A DNA stretch of 64,000 nt from positions 1 to 64,000 of the IMG/VR virus record IMGVR_UViG_3300021426_000077. One strand, written 5' to 3'. Below, piece after piece: positions 38,115 to 50,921 of the stretch (within the stretch, counting starts at the first letter, position 1; each line of letters begins with the position of its first letter). The position numbers and the translations under genes were made by a program. Below the pieces are notes generated by a model, which saw only the letters and a program-made list of their open reading frames with translations, was not told the origin of the DNA and searched no databases. The DNA comes from a virus. Lineage: Duplodnaviria > Caudoviricetes.

Positions 38115-41100
38115 TTAAATCTTTCTGTGGGCATATTGATAAGCTGTGTCAGCTAAATTAGTTAAAGCAGTTTCAATCTCGAAAGAATCTTTGACATTCG
38201 GGAATTCAGCTTTAATTTCTACTCTTTGATCAACAGTACCTCCAAAAGCAGAACTCATAAAGTTAGCTTTCATACCACTGGAAGAATAATTTGTTAAAGC
38301 ACTACCAAGAGTAGAAGTCATTTGTCTAACAATATCAACCGCGGAAAGGATATTGCGTGTATCCTGAGCATTGAGAACAAGTTCTTTCTGATGAAGAACT
38401 GCAAGGCGTCCGTCCTTACCTCATTCACCAGTGTATCCGCCAGTGTCAAATAGTTGATCTTCTTTAATTCATCCTAAATCGCCGCCATCTAGAGTTTCTA
38501 TATGGATATTATATGAGCCATATCCAGAACCTCTTGAAAAACTTGAAATCCTAATTTTATTTGCTTGTCCAGATAAACTGTTACCGAATCCGCCACCGCC
38601 TCAAGAATTTCCATAATATGAACCTTTATATCCAGCAATTGAGCCATTTGGGAAAGTTTTTTTCGTAGTTGCAGATTCCATCGTAGACGTTGAAGTAGAA
38701 GTCGGTTTTTCTTCTGCAGGTTTAGCATCTTCAGGTAATGGAGCCTTTGTTTCATATACTAAATTATCTGTATTAATTTTTTGTAAATCGTTAATAGCTT
38801 CTTGAGCTTTACTTAATCAATCAACAGCTGCGGCTAATTCTTCAGTATATTTTTTAATATTATTCATGCCTTCAGTTAATTTTTCATTTTGATTTTTAAA
38901 ACTGTCTGTTAAAGAATCCATCGCATTGTTTAATCCATTTTCGCCAGTAATAGCATTGGCAGCATCTTCTAATGCAGGCCTTAAACCAGTTTCTTCATCA
39001 ATTAAAGCTTTCTTAACATCTGTAATAACACCATCTGGACCAGTTAATTTATTACGAAGTTCTTCTGCTTCCGTTTTTAAAGTATCATTCATAGTAGAAG
39101 TTGCATCTTGTATATATGGGAATAATTTCTTTGCTAAATTATTTCCAAAATCCCATCATGCAATATCTGTATTTTCTATTAAGTTGCCTTGATCATCAAA
39201 TAATTGTCCAAGCATTTCTTGAGCAGCTGCTGCAATATCTGCGGTACCATTTTCTACCATGAAGTTTAATACATCTGACATACCTAATTGACTATCTGCT
39301 AAATCTTCATTAAGATGCTTCATATAATTTAAGAATTTTTCTGTTAATTCTCGACTTTGTTTTATGCGTTCTTCTTCAGTTAGATTCATATTTTTATTTA
39401 AATCTGCCCATTGACTAGCATAATCTTTTAAAGTATTTCCTAATTCTTCTGCTGTTTTTTGCCTTTGTTCTTTTGTAAGTTCATAAGCATCTTGTACTGC
39501 TTGCATATACTCTTGACGAGCTTTTGCAATATCATTTTGATTTGCACGATATACATAACGATAATTACCTTGACTATCTCGACGTAACTGCATTTGGTTT
39601 TTATTTTGTTGAGCATCCTCAAGGGCAATCTGTTTTTGAAGAATTAGAAGTTTAGAATTAGCTAATTCAACATCATATTCAGACATAGATTCTTGATTCT
39701 TTAATAAATCTAATTGTTCTTGCATTTGTTTGCGGATTTTGTTTTGAGTAGCTAAAGATGAACCTTGAGCATCATTAAGTAAATCATTATATTTGCTACG
39801 AAGCTGTTCAATTTCAAATGTCTTTTCAACTTCATCTCGGTAATTATCAACTATCTTCTTATTTCATTCTCAATTTTGATTAATATGATCTAGATTATCT
39901 TCACGGATAGTCGCATTGTACATTTGCTGAACTGCCGCATCAATAGCATTCTCATAAGCTTCAACGAAAGTCTCCGCAGACTCTTGAGCTATATCGCGCA
40001 TTTCATCTTGAACATCATTCATACGATCTTCAATAGAATTTGCTAATTCTTCGTTTCCAGTATCTAAAGCTTCTTGATATTTTTTTTGTCAATACTTATA
40101 AATATTAACATATTGACCTAATTGAGCTTTTAATGTTTCAGCTTGACGTTTATTAATGTCGCTTAAAGCTTTATAACTTTCGTCTCCATATGATAAAGCA
40201 TATATATCAGCTAGATTTTCGAGCTCTTCTGCAAGACGTTCATATTTTTCAAGTTGACGATCTTGCTTATCAGCTATTTCATCAAAACCATCAATAACAG
40301 TATCAACAATATCTTCTTGTAAATCCTGTCAATCTTGACTTAATTCAAGAACTCTTTCATATCCTTCTTGATATGCTTCTGCTAAAGCTTTTTGATTATC
40401 TCCAAATGGATTTTCACCAGCTGTTGGATCATTTCTATATCATTTTTCAAGTTGCTCTAAATCAGTTGTTGCAAGGCCAAGAAGACCATTCTTTAACCTA
40501 TCATCTGTTAAGCCTTCTTTTAATCCGGTAAAATAATTAATTGAAGCTTGAATTGCTTCTTTTTCTGCTATATCATCTGTAGCATCTTGAGCTGCAAGTT
40601 TACCATTAATAATTTCTTGATAATATTTCTCTGCATCTTCTCGTCCAATTTCAAAACTAGTATTTAATTTAAGAAGATCAACAGTTAATTCTCTAAATGG
40701 AGAATCACTAGGCATACCAGTTAAGAAACCTTGAAATTCTGCTCATTTTTCATTTAAATCTTTAAGATTATCAATAGCTTCCATAGAAGTTTTATAAAGT
40801 TCAATATTAATATCTGTAATAGAATCTTTAAGCTCTTGAATTTTATTCTTAGTAGATTCAATTTCTTTTTGAATATCATTTTGTCTTTGAGCATTCTCAA
40901 GGATTGCTGCAGAATAATCATCATATTTCTTAATAGCTTCATCAATAGTTTTTGTTAGATCTTCATTACCCGCAGCTGCCGCAGCATTATATTGGTCAAT
41001 TAATTTATTATGTGCTTCATCAATTTTTGCAGATATAGTTTCATAATTAGTAATGATACCATTTTCATCATATTCTGGAGCAGGAATATTAAAGTTAATA

Positions 41101-44100
41101 CCACGACCTTTAAGAATATCTTCAGCAAGTTTGTCCTTAGCTTCCATCGCGGCTTTTACATCTTTTAGCTCGCTATCGGCCGTATCTTGAAGAATTTTTA
41201 AACGTTCTTCTTCAAGTTTAATTTCTTGCTGAATTAAATTAATTTGCTTTTGCTGATTTGCTCGAGCTTTATCACCAATTAATTTATCTTCTTGCTTTTC
41301 AATTCCAGAAAGTTGTTCCTTAAGTTTATCTAATTGAGAATCAACTTTCTCATAATAGTTCTTTTTATGTTCTTTCTTTTCTTTTGGCTGAATGGTTTTA
41401 GCTTTGCCACCGCCACCGCCACCACCTTTGTTGTGGGCAAGAATTTGATTATGACCAACATAGTAATTGTGGTTATCAGAAACTTCAAAGTTATATACTG
41501 TAGTAGTTTGAATCTTAACATTAATATTAGAAATTACATGTCAATTTCCATCGGCAAACAATACATAATCTCCAATATTAAGTTCAGAAGCCATGATTCA
41601 TTCGATATCATGCTTACGTCTAATATAGAATCTGTGGATACCTGTTACGCTAAGAGTTTCATCTTCAATATATAAATCATAAATTTCTTCTGTAGTATTA
41701 TGAATCATTGTTTGAAGAACTCTGCTGTATTCATTCTGATGATTTTCTTCATTATATGAAAGAACAATATCACCAACTTGAATTTTTTCAATTTCTTTAA
41801 ATGAATTTTGGAGAGAGACTAGAGTGCCTGCAATAAAACAGCTACCGCCACCTCCGCTAGAACGAGGTGCAGCACTACCAGAGCGTTTTTGACTTCCACT
41901 GCCACCGGTTTTACGAGCAGTAGAACGATTAATATGAAGATTACCTCCAGAACTGTAACCTCCTGAAGTAGTTTTCATTGAAAGTGCTGTTGTAGTTGAA
42001 GTCGCAGTATCTGTCATTGGCACTGGCTCCATACGAAATCCACCTATATGAAAAGATCCTGTAACAGTATCTAATCCAGTTCCAGCTTCATTTAATTTTA
42101 CCGGAGCACTAACAGGAACATTTATACCACCAGTTTCAACTGGTCTCCAGCCATAAGCTTCTTTTTCATCTTCAGTAATTTCACTTTCTTCTTTAACCTC
42201 TGCATCTACACCCATTGAAGATAAATATTGTTGAGCTTGATCAGCTGTCATTCCAGCTGCATTAATAATATCTTCAAAAGCAGCTAATAATTCTTCTTCT
42301 CCACTTAAAGAAGCGCCTATTTCAATATCATCTCAACCATTATCATAAAGGATTGATCGAAGATTTGCTGCAGCTTCATAGGCTTGAGTATCATCCATTC
42401 CAGCTTGAATTAAAATATCGGTTTGAGCTGCTTCTCATAAATCTCAATAAGCATCAATATCGCCATTTATCGCAGCTTCTAATGATTCAAGATTATCAGG
42501 ATCAACAATAAAAGCATCAGACAAACTATCCGTATCTAAATCTAACAAATCTTCATAAGTATTTCTTAATTCTTTAGTTGTTTTAGCTAAATCTTCTGGA
42601 TTAGCATTTTCAAGATCCTCTAAAACTTCTTTTCAATCATCTATATTATCAACAGTCCGTTCAACAGCTTTATTATATCTTACTTGAGCCTCTGCTGCTT
42701 CTTTAATAATACTAGGAAAGTCCTCTATATCATCTGCATATTCTGCTAATTGATCATTATATTCATAAATTGCTTTTGCTGTATCTTGTAATGTTTCATT
42801 ATCCACATCACTATCTGAAGAAGTAATTGTTGAAAGATATTCTTTTGGATCAGTATTTAATCCATTTCCTGTACCTGCTAAAATATCGTCAATAGAAATA
42901 CCATTTTCTAAGCCTTCTCGAATTTGGCGCAATAATTCAGCAACTTTAGTATCAACTTCCGGATCAGATCAATCAATTAAACTGACAACAGAAGCTTTTT
43001 GTTCTGCAGTTAAGTCATATTGATCACTTAAAGTATCAATCATCGCTAAACCACGATCACCTTTTTGAGCTCCTCAACTATTTGTGCCATTTTGAGAAAC
43101 TTGATATTCTGCCAATGCCATTTGTGCTTCTGCTGCAGCGTTTAAATTATCTGTCCATTCTGCAGCTTGTTGAGCTAAAGCTATTTGATCTTCTAAGACC
43201 AATCCAGAAAAACCATCTATAATTTGTAAATCAGCGATAATTTCTTCATAAGACTGAGCTTCTCTTAATGCACTATCTTTAGACAAAGCATTCGCTTGTA
43301 CTGCAGTTTCTACTGTTTGTTTATTATAATCATAACTATCTTGATTTTGCTGGATGATTGTATCATAAAGACCAATTCTTCTCTCAAGCTCTGTGTTATT
43401 ATCTAAAAGATTTTGATAATCTTCTGTAGATAATGTATTTGCTTCACGCATAAGACGATTTTGATTTTCTAATAATTGATTAGCAGTTTCTTCTCTCATT
43501 TCTTTAGCAGTTTGAAGCATTTCTGCTGGATTATTAGAAGTATATTCTGTATCTCTTTGACTTTGAGCGCCTCTTCCACCACCTCTATGCGTTGTGGTTG
43601 TGGTTTCGATGCCTAATCTTTCTCTATCTTCTGCACTTAATCTATAAGCATTAGAAAAATCATATTCAGTAGCTTCTGTATTTTGTCCTCGTAAAACTGC
43701 ATTATAATTTAATTGAGCCGCAGTAGCTTCTTCAATTTTTTGTCTTAAAGTTTCATAATCATCAGCTGCGGTTACTACAACTTCAAGAGCTTCAGCTTGT
43801 TCTTCTAGTGCCTGACGTAACTCATCTGCGCCTTCTCCAGTTTGCTTTCATGATTCATATAATTTATCAATATTTTTTAACCCATCTTTTAAACTGGCAG
43901 TATATTCATCTGAAGCACTTATTTGTTCTTCTAATAATCTTTGTTGTTCTTGGCTTCATTTTTGATAAGCAAAACTCATAGCTACTATTGCGGCTAACCC
44001 AGCTAATGCTGCAAAAGTAGCTAATTGTATGGCTGTTGCTTTAGCTGTTTCTGCGGCAGTAACTGCTTTAGCAGCTGCTTCATGCTCTATTTCTGCATCT

Positions 44101-46925
44101 TTTAACGCTTTTTCAGCCATTTGACTTTTTTCTAAAGCTTGTGTAACTCCAATCTGCTTTTTTTCTAAAAAGAAAGCAGAAGCACCACTACTTTTTTGAG
44201 CATCTGCTAATGCTGCTTGAGCTTTTGTAAGATTCTCAGAAGCATTCTTTACCCTTTCTTGTGCTTCTTTATATTTCTCCATAGCTTGACTTGCTTTATC
44301 TTGTAATTCACCAATTTTTGATATAGATGAAAAATCAATACCTTTTAAATTTTGAAAAACAGAAGATAAATTTAAACCAGTTATTCTTTTAAAAGATTCA
44401 TATAAAGTAGGAAGCGAAAAACTCAAATTTGTAACTATCTGAAGTAATTTTTCACCCGTTGTTAAATCTGCATTATTTCAAATAGAAGGTAAATTACTTA
44501 AAGATTGCATTGCAAAACTTAACTGACCAAGTGCTCCAACAATATTAATAATTTGTTGAACACCATCTTGAGAACTCATTCCCTGTTTAAAAGATTCAGC
44601 CAATTTACTTGAATCTATTGCTGCTGTATCCGTATTTAATTGATTAAGATTAGCTTGATCTAATTTTTTAAGATCTATTTGACTTAAACGTTCTAACTCT
44701 TCTATTAACCTTGCAGTTTTTCCTGTAAGTGCAGCTGTTTGAGTCCCAGCTTCTTTTTGATTTTTTCCAATCTGTTTTATTGCTGCATTATATTCAGTAT
44801 ATTGCTCTCCACTTAAATATGGTTTTAATTTTTCTAATGATTGTTCTAATTGTTGAGTAGACCCAGAAAATATTTGGCCACTTTTTTCAGCATTTCTTAA
44901 TTGATTTTGATATTCTTGCAAAGCTTTATTAAATTCAAGTAAGCCTTCTTTTGCAGGCTCTAATTTAGATTTTAAATTAGCAAAAAGATCTTTCTTTTCT
45001 TCTTCAGAAAGTTCTTTTAATTTTTCCATTAATTGTGAAACATTTACAATACCTTCAGAAAGAAAAGGCGTAAAATCTTTATCTAATAAACTAGCAATTC
45101 CAACACCAGTTGCAGACAAAGCTTGATCTAATTTTTCCGCTGCAATTGTAGCAGCATTTCCATTCTGAATTAATTCTTGAAGAATAGTATTTGCTTGATT
45201 TAATTGATCTGGACTAAAATTTTGAGCATTAACTTGCATATATTTAGCAAAATCTAAAGCATTCTGACTGTATTGATTATCTGGATTAGGATTAACCATT
45301 CCTAAATTTGTTAAAGCAGCTTCTGAATGTTCTAAATTAGCTATTTTTTGCTGTTGAACTTTTTGATTTAAATTAAAATCATTAATACTTTGAGCAAGAT
45401 GTTTACTAAATAATTGAGTAAAAGCCGAAGCTAAGCCAAGAATAACAGTTGATCCTCCACCCACAGATTTAAATAATGTATCAAAAACTTCTGCTAATTT
45501 GGTTAAAGTATCAATTAATGGATAAACCATATCAGTTGTAAATACATCATTAAATAAACCTTCTAAAGTAGCTTGTAATTTAGCTGTTCTACCTTCTAAA
45601 GAATCTAAATATTCTTGATTCATTTGTTCAAGAGTACCAGAAGCATTTATACCAGTAGCTCCAAGATATTCTTGATACATATCAGAATTATCCATTAAAG
45701 CAGTAAAACGATTAACTTGATGTTTACCTGCCAGTGTCTGTGCGACAGCTTCTTGAGTGGTATCGTCTAAATCTTGTCAAATTACCATTAAATCTTCCAT
45801 GATATCGTCCATATTACGGACGTTACCAAGAGAATCTAATACTTGAACTCCAATATTTTGAAGTGTCGAAGTAACTTTGCCAAGACCAATACCATCTTCA
45901 TCTTCTTTACCTAATTGCAAATCAGAAAAACGAGCATATAATGTTTTAAGACCATTACCAATTTGTTCTGGCGCTTCTCGTGTTACAGACTCAATTGTAG
46001 CAATTTGCGCAGCAAGTGCTTCGCCACTAACACCAACTGCATTGGCCATCGAAGCAGCTCTCTGAGATGCCAACGCAATTTCTTCAACATCAGCCGCGGA
46101 AATATTAGCAATTAACGCTCAATTATCCATTGCTTGACTGAGCGCTTCCATGTCATCTTGTAATCCATATGCATTCATATATGCGGTAATTTGATCAGAA
46201 GTCGCCGCAGTATCTTGTTGAGAAGCATTTGCAAGTTTAGCAGATAAAGTGGCTAATTGCTGAGACTGATTTAAATCATAGCCTTGCTGAGCAAAAATTA
46301 ACGAAGCATTAGTCATACCCACGGTAGTTTGACCTACAGCTTTTGCTGCTTCATTAGCTGCTTTAGCATATTCATTCATGCTATCACGGCTATAATCGGT
46401 AACAAGCATGATTTGAGTTAGTGAATCATCTAATTCTTTAGCATATTCTACTGAACTATGAATTGCATTCATAAATTGACTAAAGAAACTTGAAATTAAC
46501 CCTCAACGAAATGTATTTTGAAAAGTAACAAACATTTTATCTAATTGAGAACTAGTACGAATAATACCAGTATCTAATTTTCCAAGCTGCCCTATTAAAT
46601 TATTAAATGCAACTTGTCCTTCTGCTCCCATTTGACCAAAAGCTGTTTTTAATCCTTGGGCTGTAACACCATTATTTTTAAGTTCTTGATTAAATTTAGC
46701 TAAATTTAACATTCCAAGAGAAGGATTAAAAGCTTCTGTTAAAGCATCTCCTAAACCATGAATTTGATCTCGAGCATCAGAAAAGGTTTTTTCTTCTAAT
46801 AAACCTTTATTACCCATATTCTGCAATTTTAATTCTAAATTTTGTAATTCAGTTTTTAATTGAGTTATACCTTTAGAATCTAATTTAGTAGAAATATTAT
46901 ATTCAATACTATTAGAATATTTCAT
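38115..46925 (-). CDS. Tape measure protein (TP901-like N-terminus), about 2,936 aa, with internal Hint domain
   Basis: Thirteen track ORFs in one frame joined by TGA; LDDSLTQIMLVT...IGNGLKTLYARF; long coiled coils; C-terminal FDTGGYTGEW...AVLHQKELVLN. Confidence 0.9.
41430..41840 (-). other. Hint (intein-like/BIL-type) domain, 137 aa, inside the tape measure protein
   Basis: CFIAGTLV (block A), TGIHRF (block B TxxH), VYNFEVSDNHNYYV (block F), LAHN end; +1 residue is Lys; no homing endonuclease. Confidence 0.92.
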
Positions 46926-47021
46926 TAATTATTTCACCTTCCTCTCGGAAATGTAATCCTTATATCTCCTTTAGAGATAACAATATCTATTATTAAGTAA
47001 AAAACATTGTATAAAGATAAT

Positions 47022-47058
47022 AAAAAAAGACCCTACAGCACATCGCTATAGGGTCTTT
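47022..47058 (-). terminator. Intrinsic terminator
   Basis: AAAGACCCTA...TAGGGTCTTT stem plus T-run on the minus strand. Confidence 0.8.
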
Positions 47059-47066
47059 CTTATTAA

Positions 47067-47609
47067 TTATTTTACAAATAAACTATCTAATACTTCTGTA
47101 GAATCGACAGGGTTTTCTGCTTTTGGAGGAACTCTATTCATTCCCCACTCATCTGCGATTCTAAGTGCTTCTTTAATATCTTGATTAGTTGTTAAATTTT
47201 GTACTTGTCCTGCCATATTTTGAAGAACTTCTGAACTGAAAATTTCAGCCTTATTAAGCACCCCTCCAATAGAAAGAAGATACTTTTCATACGCTTCAAA
47301 ATACTGTGCGGCAACCTGTCCTACGTACTCGACAGTATCTTTGTGATTGGCAATTAATTCATCAATCTGTCCTTGCTTGAGGAACTGATCAAACGCGGTG
47401 AGTGGATTTTCCGCAACACGAGATCCCGCGAGGTCATCTAAATCCTCAACTAAATTAAGAATTTCGTGACAAACTAATGCACGTTCAAATACAAACTGAT
47501 TAAGAAATCCATTATCCTCCGCGGCTTCAATACATGAATTAATCATATCGTACATTTCTTGGGAAGTTAAAGGACAATTTTTGACTTGTTCTAAGTTAAT
47601 CATAATCAA
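47067..47609 (-). CDS. Hypothetical protein (180 aa), separately promoted, TGA-free
   Basis: Intact code-11 ORF, RBS AAGGAG, Trp encoded by TGG. Confidence 0.75.
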   Translation of the reverse strand: MIMINLEQVKNCPLTSQEMYDMINSCIEAAEDNGFLNQFVFERALVCHEILNLVEDLDDLAGSRVAENPLTAFDQFLKQGQIDELIANHKDTVEYVGQVAAQYFEAYEKYLLSIGGVLNKAEIFSSEVLQNMAGQVQNLTTNQDIKEALRIADEWGMNRVPPKAENPVDSTEVLDSLFVK

Positions 47610-47640
47610 CTCCTTTTGTCTCTTATATATTTACTATTTA

Positions 47641-47669
47641 AGTATAGCATATTTTTCAATTTTTGTCAA
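47641..47669 (-). promoter_or_regulatory. Near-consensus sigma70/SigA promoter
   Basis: TTGACA-17 nt-TATACT with an extended -10 TG. Confidence 0.85.
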
Positions 47670-47673
47670 GATT

Positions 47674-49281
47674 TTATCCAGATATATATTGAGATAAATT
47701 AGCTAAAGAAATGCTTATAGCAACTTTAGTATTATAAAATTCATTCATTACTGCTAATTTAGTTTTTTTAGATCTTTCTTCAGCAGCTTCTCTTGGAGTT
47801 TTAAAATTATCTGATATGTCAACATAAGATTGCGCATTAATTAACTGTAAATAATCTCTATCTAATCCATGTCCAGAAATGGTTGCATGTGCTGCTACTC
47901 TTTTACTTGTAACAACTTCTAACATACTTGATAAAACTTGCTGTATAGTAAAAATTCGACCATTTAAGCTCATATAAAAAGCTTGATCATTAGCTCCATC
48001 AAATCCCGCCAATGCAGCTAAAGTTGCTCTGTAAGGAATAGTTTCTTTAAAAGCATTTCATGATCCATACAATAAATCACTTTCTCCAAATGCTGGTAAT
48101 GTAGCTCCCATATTAATTAAAGTAATTAATTCACTAGGAGTTAAGTTAGCTTCTCGTGTTAATAATGTTAATAAAGGAGTATTGTCTTGAATGTGAATAT
48201 TTATCAAATGACCTTCATTATTGAAAGAAATTTGTTCATAATCTTTTATTGTTATACCTACAATACCCTCTATTGAACTATCGGAAGAACGAATTTGAAT
48301 ATCAGAGACATTTGTTTTATTATTTTTAACATTGTATATACTTCCAGCTTCTCTTTTATCTAATTTTAATTCATCCATTCTATATTTTTTTAATTCTTCA
48401 TATCATTCTCCGAATTCACCATCTTTTGAAAATCTTCTTTCAATATCTATGCCAACGCCAGACGTTTGACTACCAGATAAAGTAGCATTCTGTAAATTTA
48501 CATGTAAAGAATTTTCTAAAGCAGAAAAAAAATCTGATTCTCCTTTAACATAAGCTTTTAATATAGCTCATTCAGTAAGCATATCTTTTATATCGCCCAT
48601 TCAGTCATTAATTTTATCTCCTATGCTATTTCAAAAATTCTCATTGTCTTTAACAAAATCAGAATCTAAAAGTCCTCTTAACATATATAGACGTAGTAAA
48701 CTTTGATTAATACCTTCTTTAGATTCTGTTCCTAATGGATACCAAAAAATTTTTCCTTTATATGTAGAGCTCATAATTGATTCATAAATACGTTCTTCTT
48801 CGGTTTTTCCTCACGATTTTTTTACTCCAGTAGTATTTCTAGCAATAAATTGATATTTAATCGCTTTATAATAAGCATCTCTTATTGTAGGATTATATTT
48901 ATCAAATGTATTTAAAACTTCATCAATTTTTTCTTTGACCTCTTGAGCATTTTGTCCCATAGATTTTATTTCTGGTACTAATTTCGCTATTGCTTCTCTT
49001 GCTCCTGGAAAAGCCATATCAATAGGAGAAGAATCTAATACAGATGCATTTAACTTTTTTATTAATTCTTCACTATGAAGAATATCGTGTAAATTTTGCA
49101 TATCTTCGCCTGAAATTTCACTAAAACGCATTTCTTGCCTTTTTGTTTGTTGTTTTATGGCATTTTTTAATATATCTGTTTTTGTTTCTGCTATTAATTT
49201 TACAAAATTATCTCCTCTTTGTTTAAGAAAATCTTTTTGTCTAAGAAAAATATAATCATTTACAGCTGTCAAAATTTTCAC
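47674..49281 (-). CDS. Hypothetical protein, 535 aa (possible PD-(D/E)XK-like motif)
   Basis: Three track ORFs joined by TGA; NVSDIQI...GITIKDY. Confidence 0.6.
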
Positions 49282-49298
49282 CCCTTAAAATCTCTAAT

Positions 49299-49330
49299 AA
49301 AAAAGAGGGGCACCCGCAAGGGTACCCCTC
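49299..49330 (-). terminator. Intrinsic terminator
   Basis: GAGGGG(T)ACCC/GGGTGCCCCTC stem plus T-run. Confidence 0.85.
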
Positions 49331-49354
49331 ATTATGGAGACTATAAGGGTCTCC

Positions 49355-49639
49355 TTACTCTTTAGTTATCTCAGAAGAGTCGTCTTCACTAGGAAGATTT
49401 ACTGGATCAGTAATCGAGTTATCAAAAAGAGATATATCTTCAACAACTTCTGGCTCTTTAACAGACGGTTCTACTTCTTCGGTAGATTCTATATTATTTT
49501 CAGTAGTCTCTTTATTTAAAGACTCTGTATTATCAGAAGTGTCTGTATTTTCATCTTCTGGATCATCGGCTACTGAGGTTTCTTCTAAGGTGCCCGCACT
49601 AACCTCAGGTTTTAAATTTAATTTAGTGGGGCTATTTAA
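49355..49639 (-). CDS. Putative -1 frameshift extension of the major tail protein (94 aa, acidic)
   Basis: Met-less open frame LNSPTKLNLKPEV...EITKE-TAA beginning at the slippery A AAC CCT TAA. Confidence 0.65.
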   Translation of the reverse strand, partial: LNSPTKLNLKPEVSAGTLEETSVADDPEDENTDTSDNTESLNKETTENNIESTEEVEPSVKEPEVVEDISLFDNSITDPVNLPSEDDSSEITKE

Positions 49640-50790
49640 GGGTTTGATGTTTCACCCTCAGCGCCGCCAGTTTCACCTTCAGCACTGTCACTACTTACCG
49701 CAGTATCAAAGATGCTGTTGGTATAAGGATTATCAGCAACCGCGGTGCTAGTTACACCTTCGCCGTAAATATCGGCACCCTGAGTACGATTGGCGTGGCC
49801 AAGAATAGTCTTATCCTCGTAATTGTGTCCACCAGCCTCAGTAGGATCAACGATCTGGAGAGCAGCCATAACCTTCTTAGACTTATTAAACTTAGTATAA
49901 GCGGGGAAGGCGTCAATGGTAAAGGTGAAGGTGGAAGGATCACCAGAGTTAGCCATTGTAAAGGTGAAGTTGGACTGAATCTTACCACGAGGAATGATAA
50001 ACTGAGCAGGTAGATCCTGACCAGTAACTTCATCACGGAAGAGAGTGTCAGCTTCAATGTAGTAATACCCACCAAAACTCTCAGCGTCGATCTGGATCTC
50101 TTGAGCACCATCAGTGTGAACTGTGTAGCAGTCAATACGGACAGTGTTACCACCCTTTACCTGAGAATCAGTATAGTTGGTAGCGTCAACATCAGAAATC
50201 TGGAAGTAAACAGAATCAGAAGCTCCAAGTTGAATCTCGCTATTAGTAACTGTAACAGCAGCACTAAGGGCCTTATCTGTAAAGATTTCCGCAGCCTTAA
50301 CGGCAGAAAGGAAAGTCTTAGGACCACCAGCACTGTCTAAAACAGTAGCATAAATAGGAGCTTCCTTAGAAACAACGATTGTCTCACCATTACGAATATC
50401 CGCAGGAAGTTCAACGAAGAACTTGTCATTGGCAGTCTCAACAACTAGATCGTAAACTTGGTGAGTGTAGATCTTCTGACCAGCATCGGCACCTTGAGCC
50501 TTACGACCCTTAACGATACCAGCACCAGAAAGCATGGAGAAACTAACGGGAGAAATTAAAGCATCTTCGACAGTGAATGTTACAGTCTTCTCGCCGTCCC
50601 AACCGATTAGACGGGGATTACCCTTGCCGCCCTGAGCGTAAACTGTGGTAGAAGCACCCTCAAGAGAGCTGGTCTTAGCTGTATCTAAGTAGAGAACAGG
50701 CTGACCCGCATCAAAGTGCTGATTACCAATATCTACAGCGGTTAGAGGACGAAAGACAACATCACAGATCTCGCGTACACCCATTCGCAT
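49636..50790 (-). CDS. Major tail (tube) protein, 384 aa
   Basis: GVREICDVVF...TVYAQGGKGNPRLIGWDGEK...SNFTFTMANSGDPSTF; strong RBS AAGGAGG; biased high-expression codons; position upstream of TMP. Confidence 0.85.
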   Translation of the reverse strand: MRMGVREICDVVFRPLTAVDIGNQHFDAGQPVLYLDTAKTSSLEGASTTVYAQGGKGNPRLIGWDGEKTVTFTVEDALISPVSFSMLSGAGIVKGRKAQGADAGQKIYTHQVYDLVVETANDKFFVELPADIRNGETIVVSKEAPIYATVLDSAGGPKTFLSAVKAAEIFTDKALSAAVTVTNSEIQLGASDSVYFQISDVDATNYTDSQVKGGNTVRIDCYTVHTDGAQEIQIDAESFGGYYYIEADTLFRDEVTGQDLPAQFIIPRGKIQSNFTFTMANSGDPSTFTFTIDAFPAYTKFNKSKKVMAALQIVDPTEAGGHNYEDKTILGHANRTQGADIYGEGVTSTAVADNPYTNSIFDTAVSSDSAEGETGGAEGETSNP

Positions 50791-50921
50791 AAGCGGACCT
50801 CCTTTTGTCTAAAAAACGAACAGAAAAAAATTGTATACAGTCTTTTCCTTTTTTGATATTATTTAGGTTCGCGCTCCTATCTAATATCTCTTATATTCAC
50901 CCTATCAAGGCTTAGGGAGAA

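Noticed and set aside
41430-41840. Canonical mobile intein with homing endonuclease
   Set aside because: Only 137 aa, no LAGLIDADG/HNH insert, +1 residue is Lys, and the site is a flexible linker rather than a conserved motif.
2275-49281. Mass pseudogenisation (decayed prophage)
   Set aside because: The interruptions traced are all TGA, in frame and at Trp positions, with no frameshifts between fragments.
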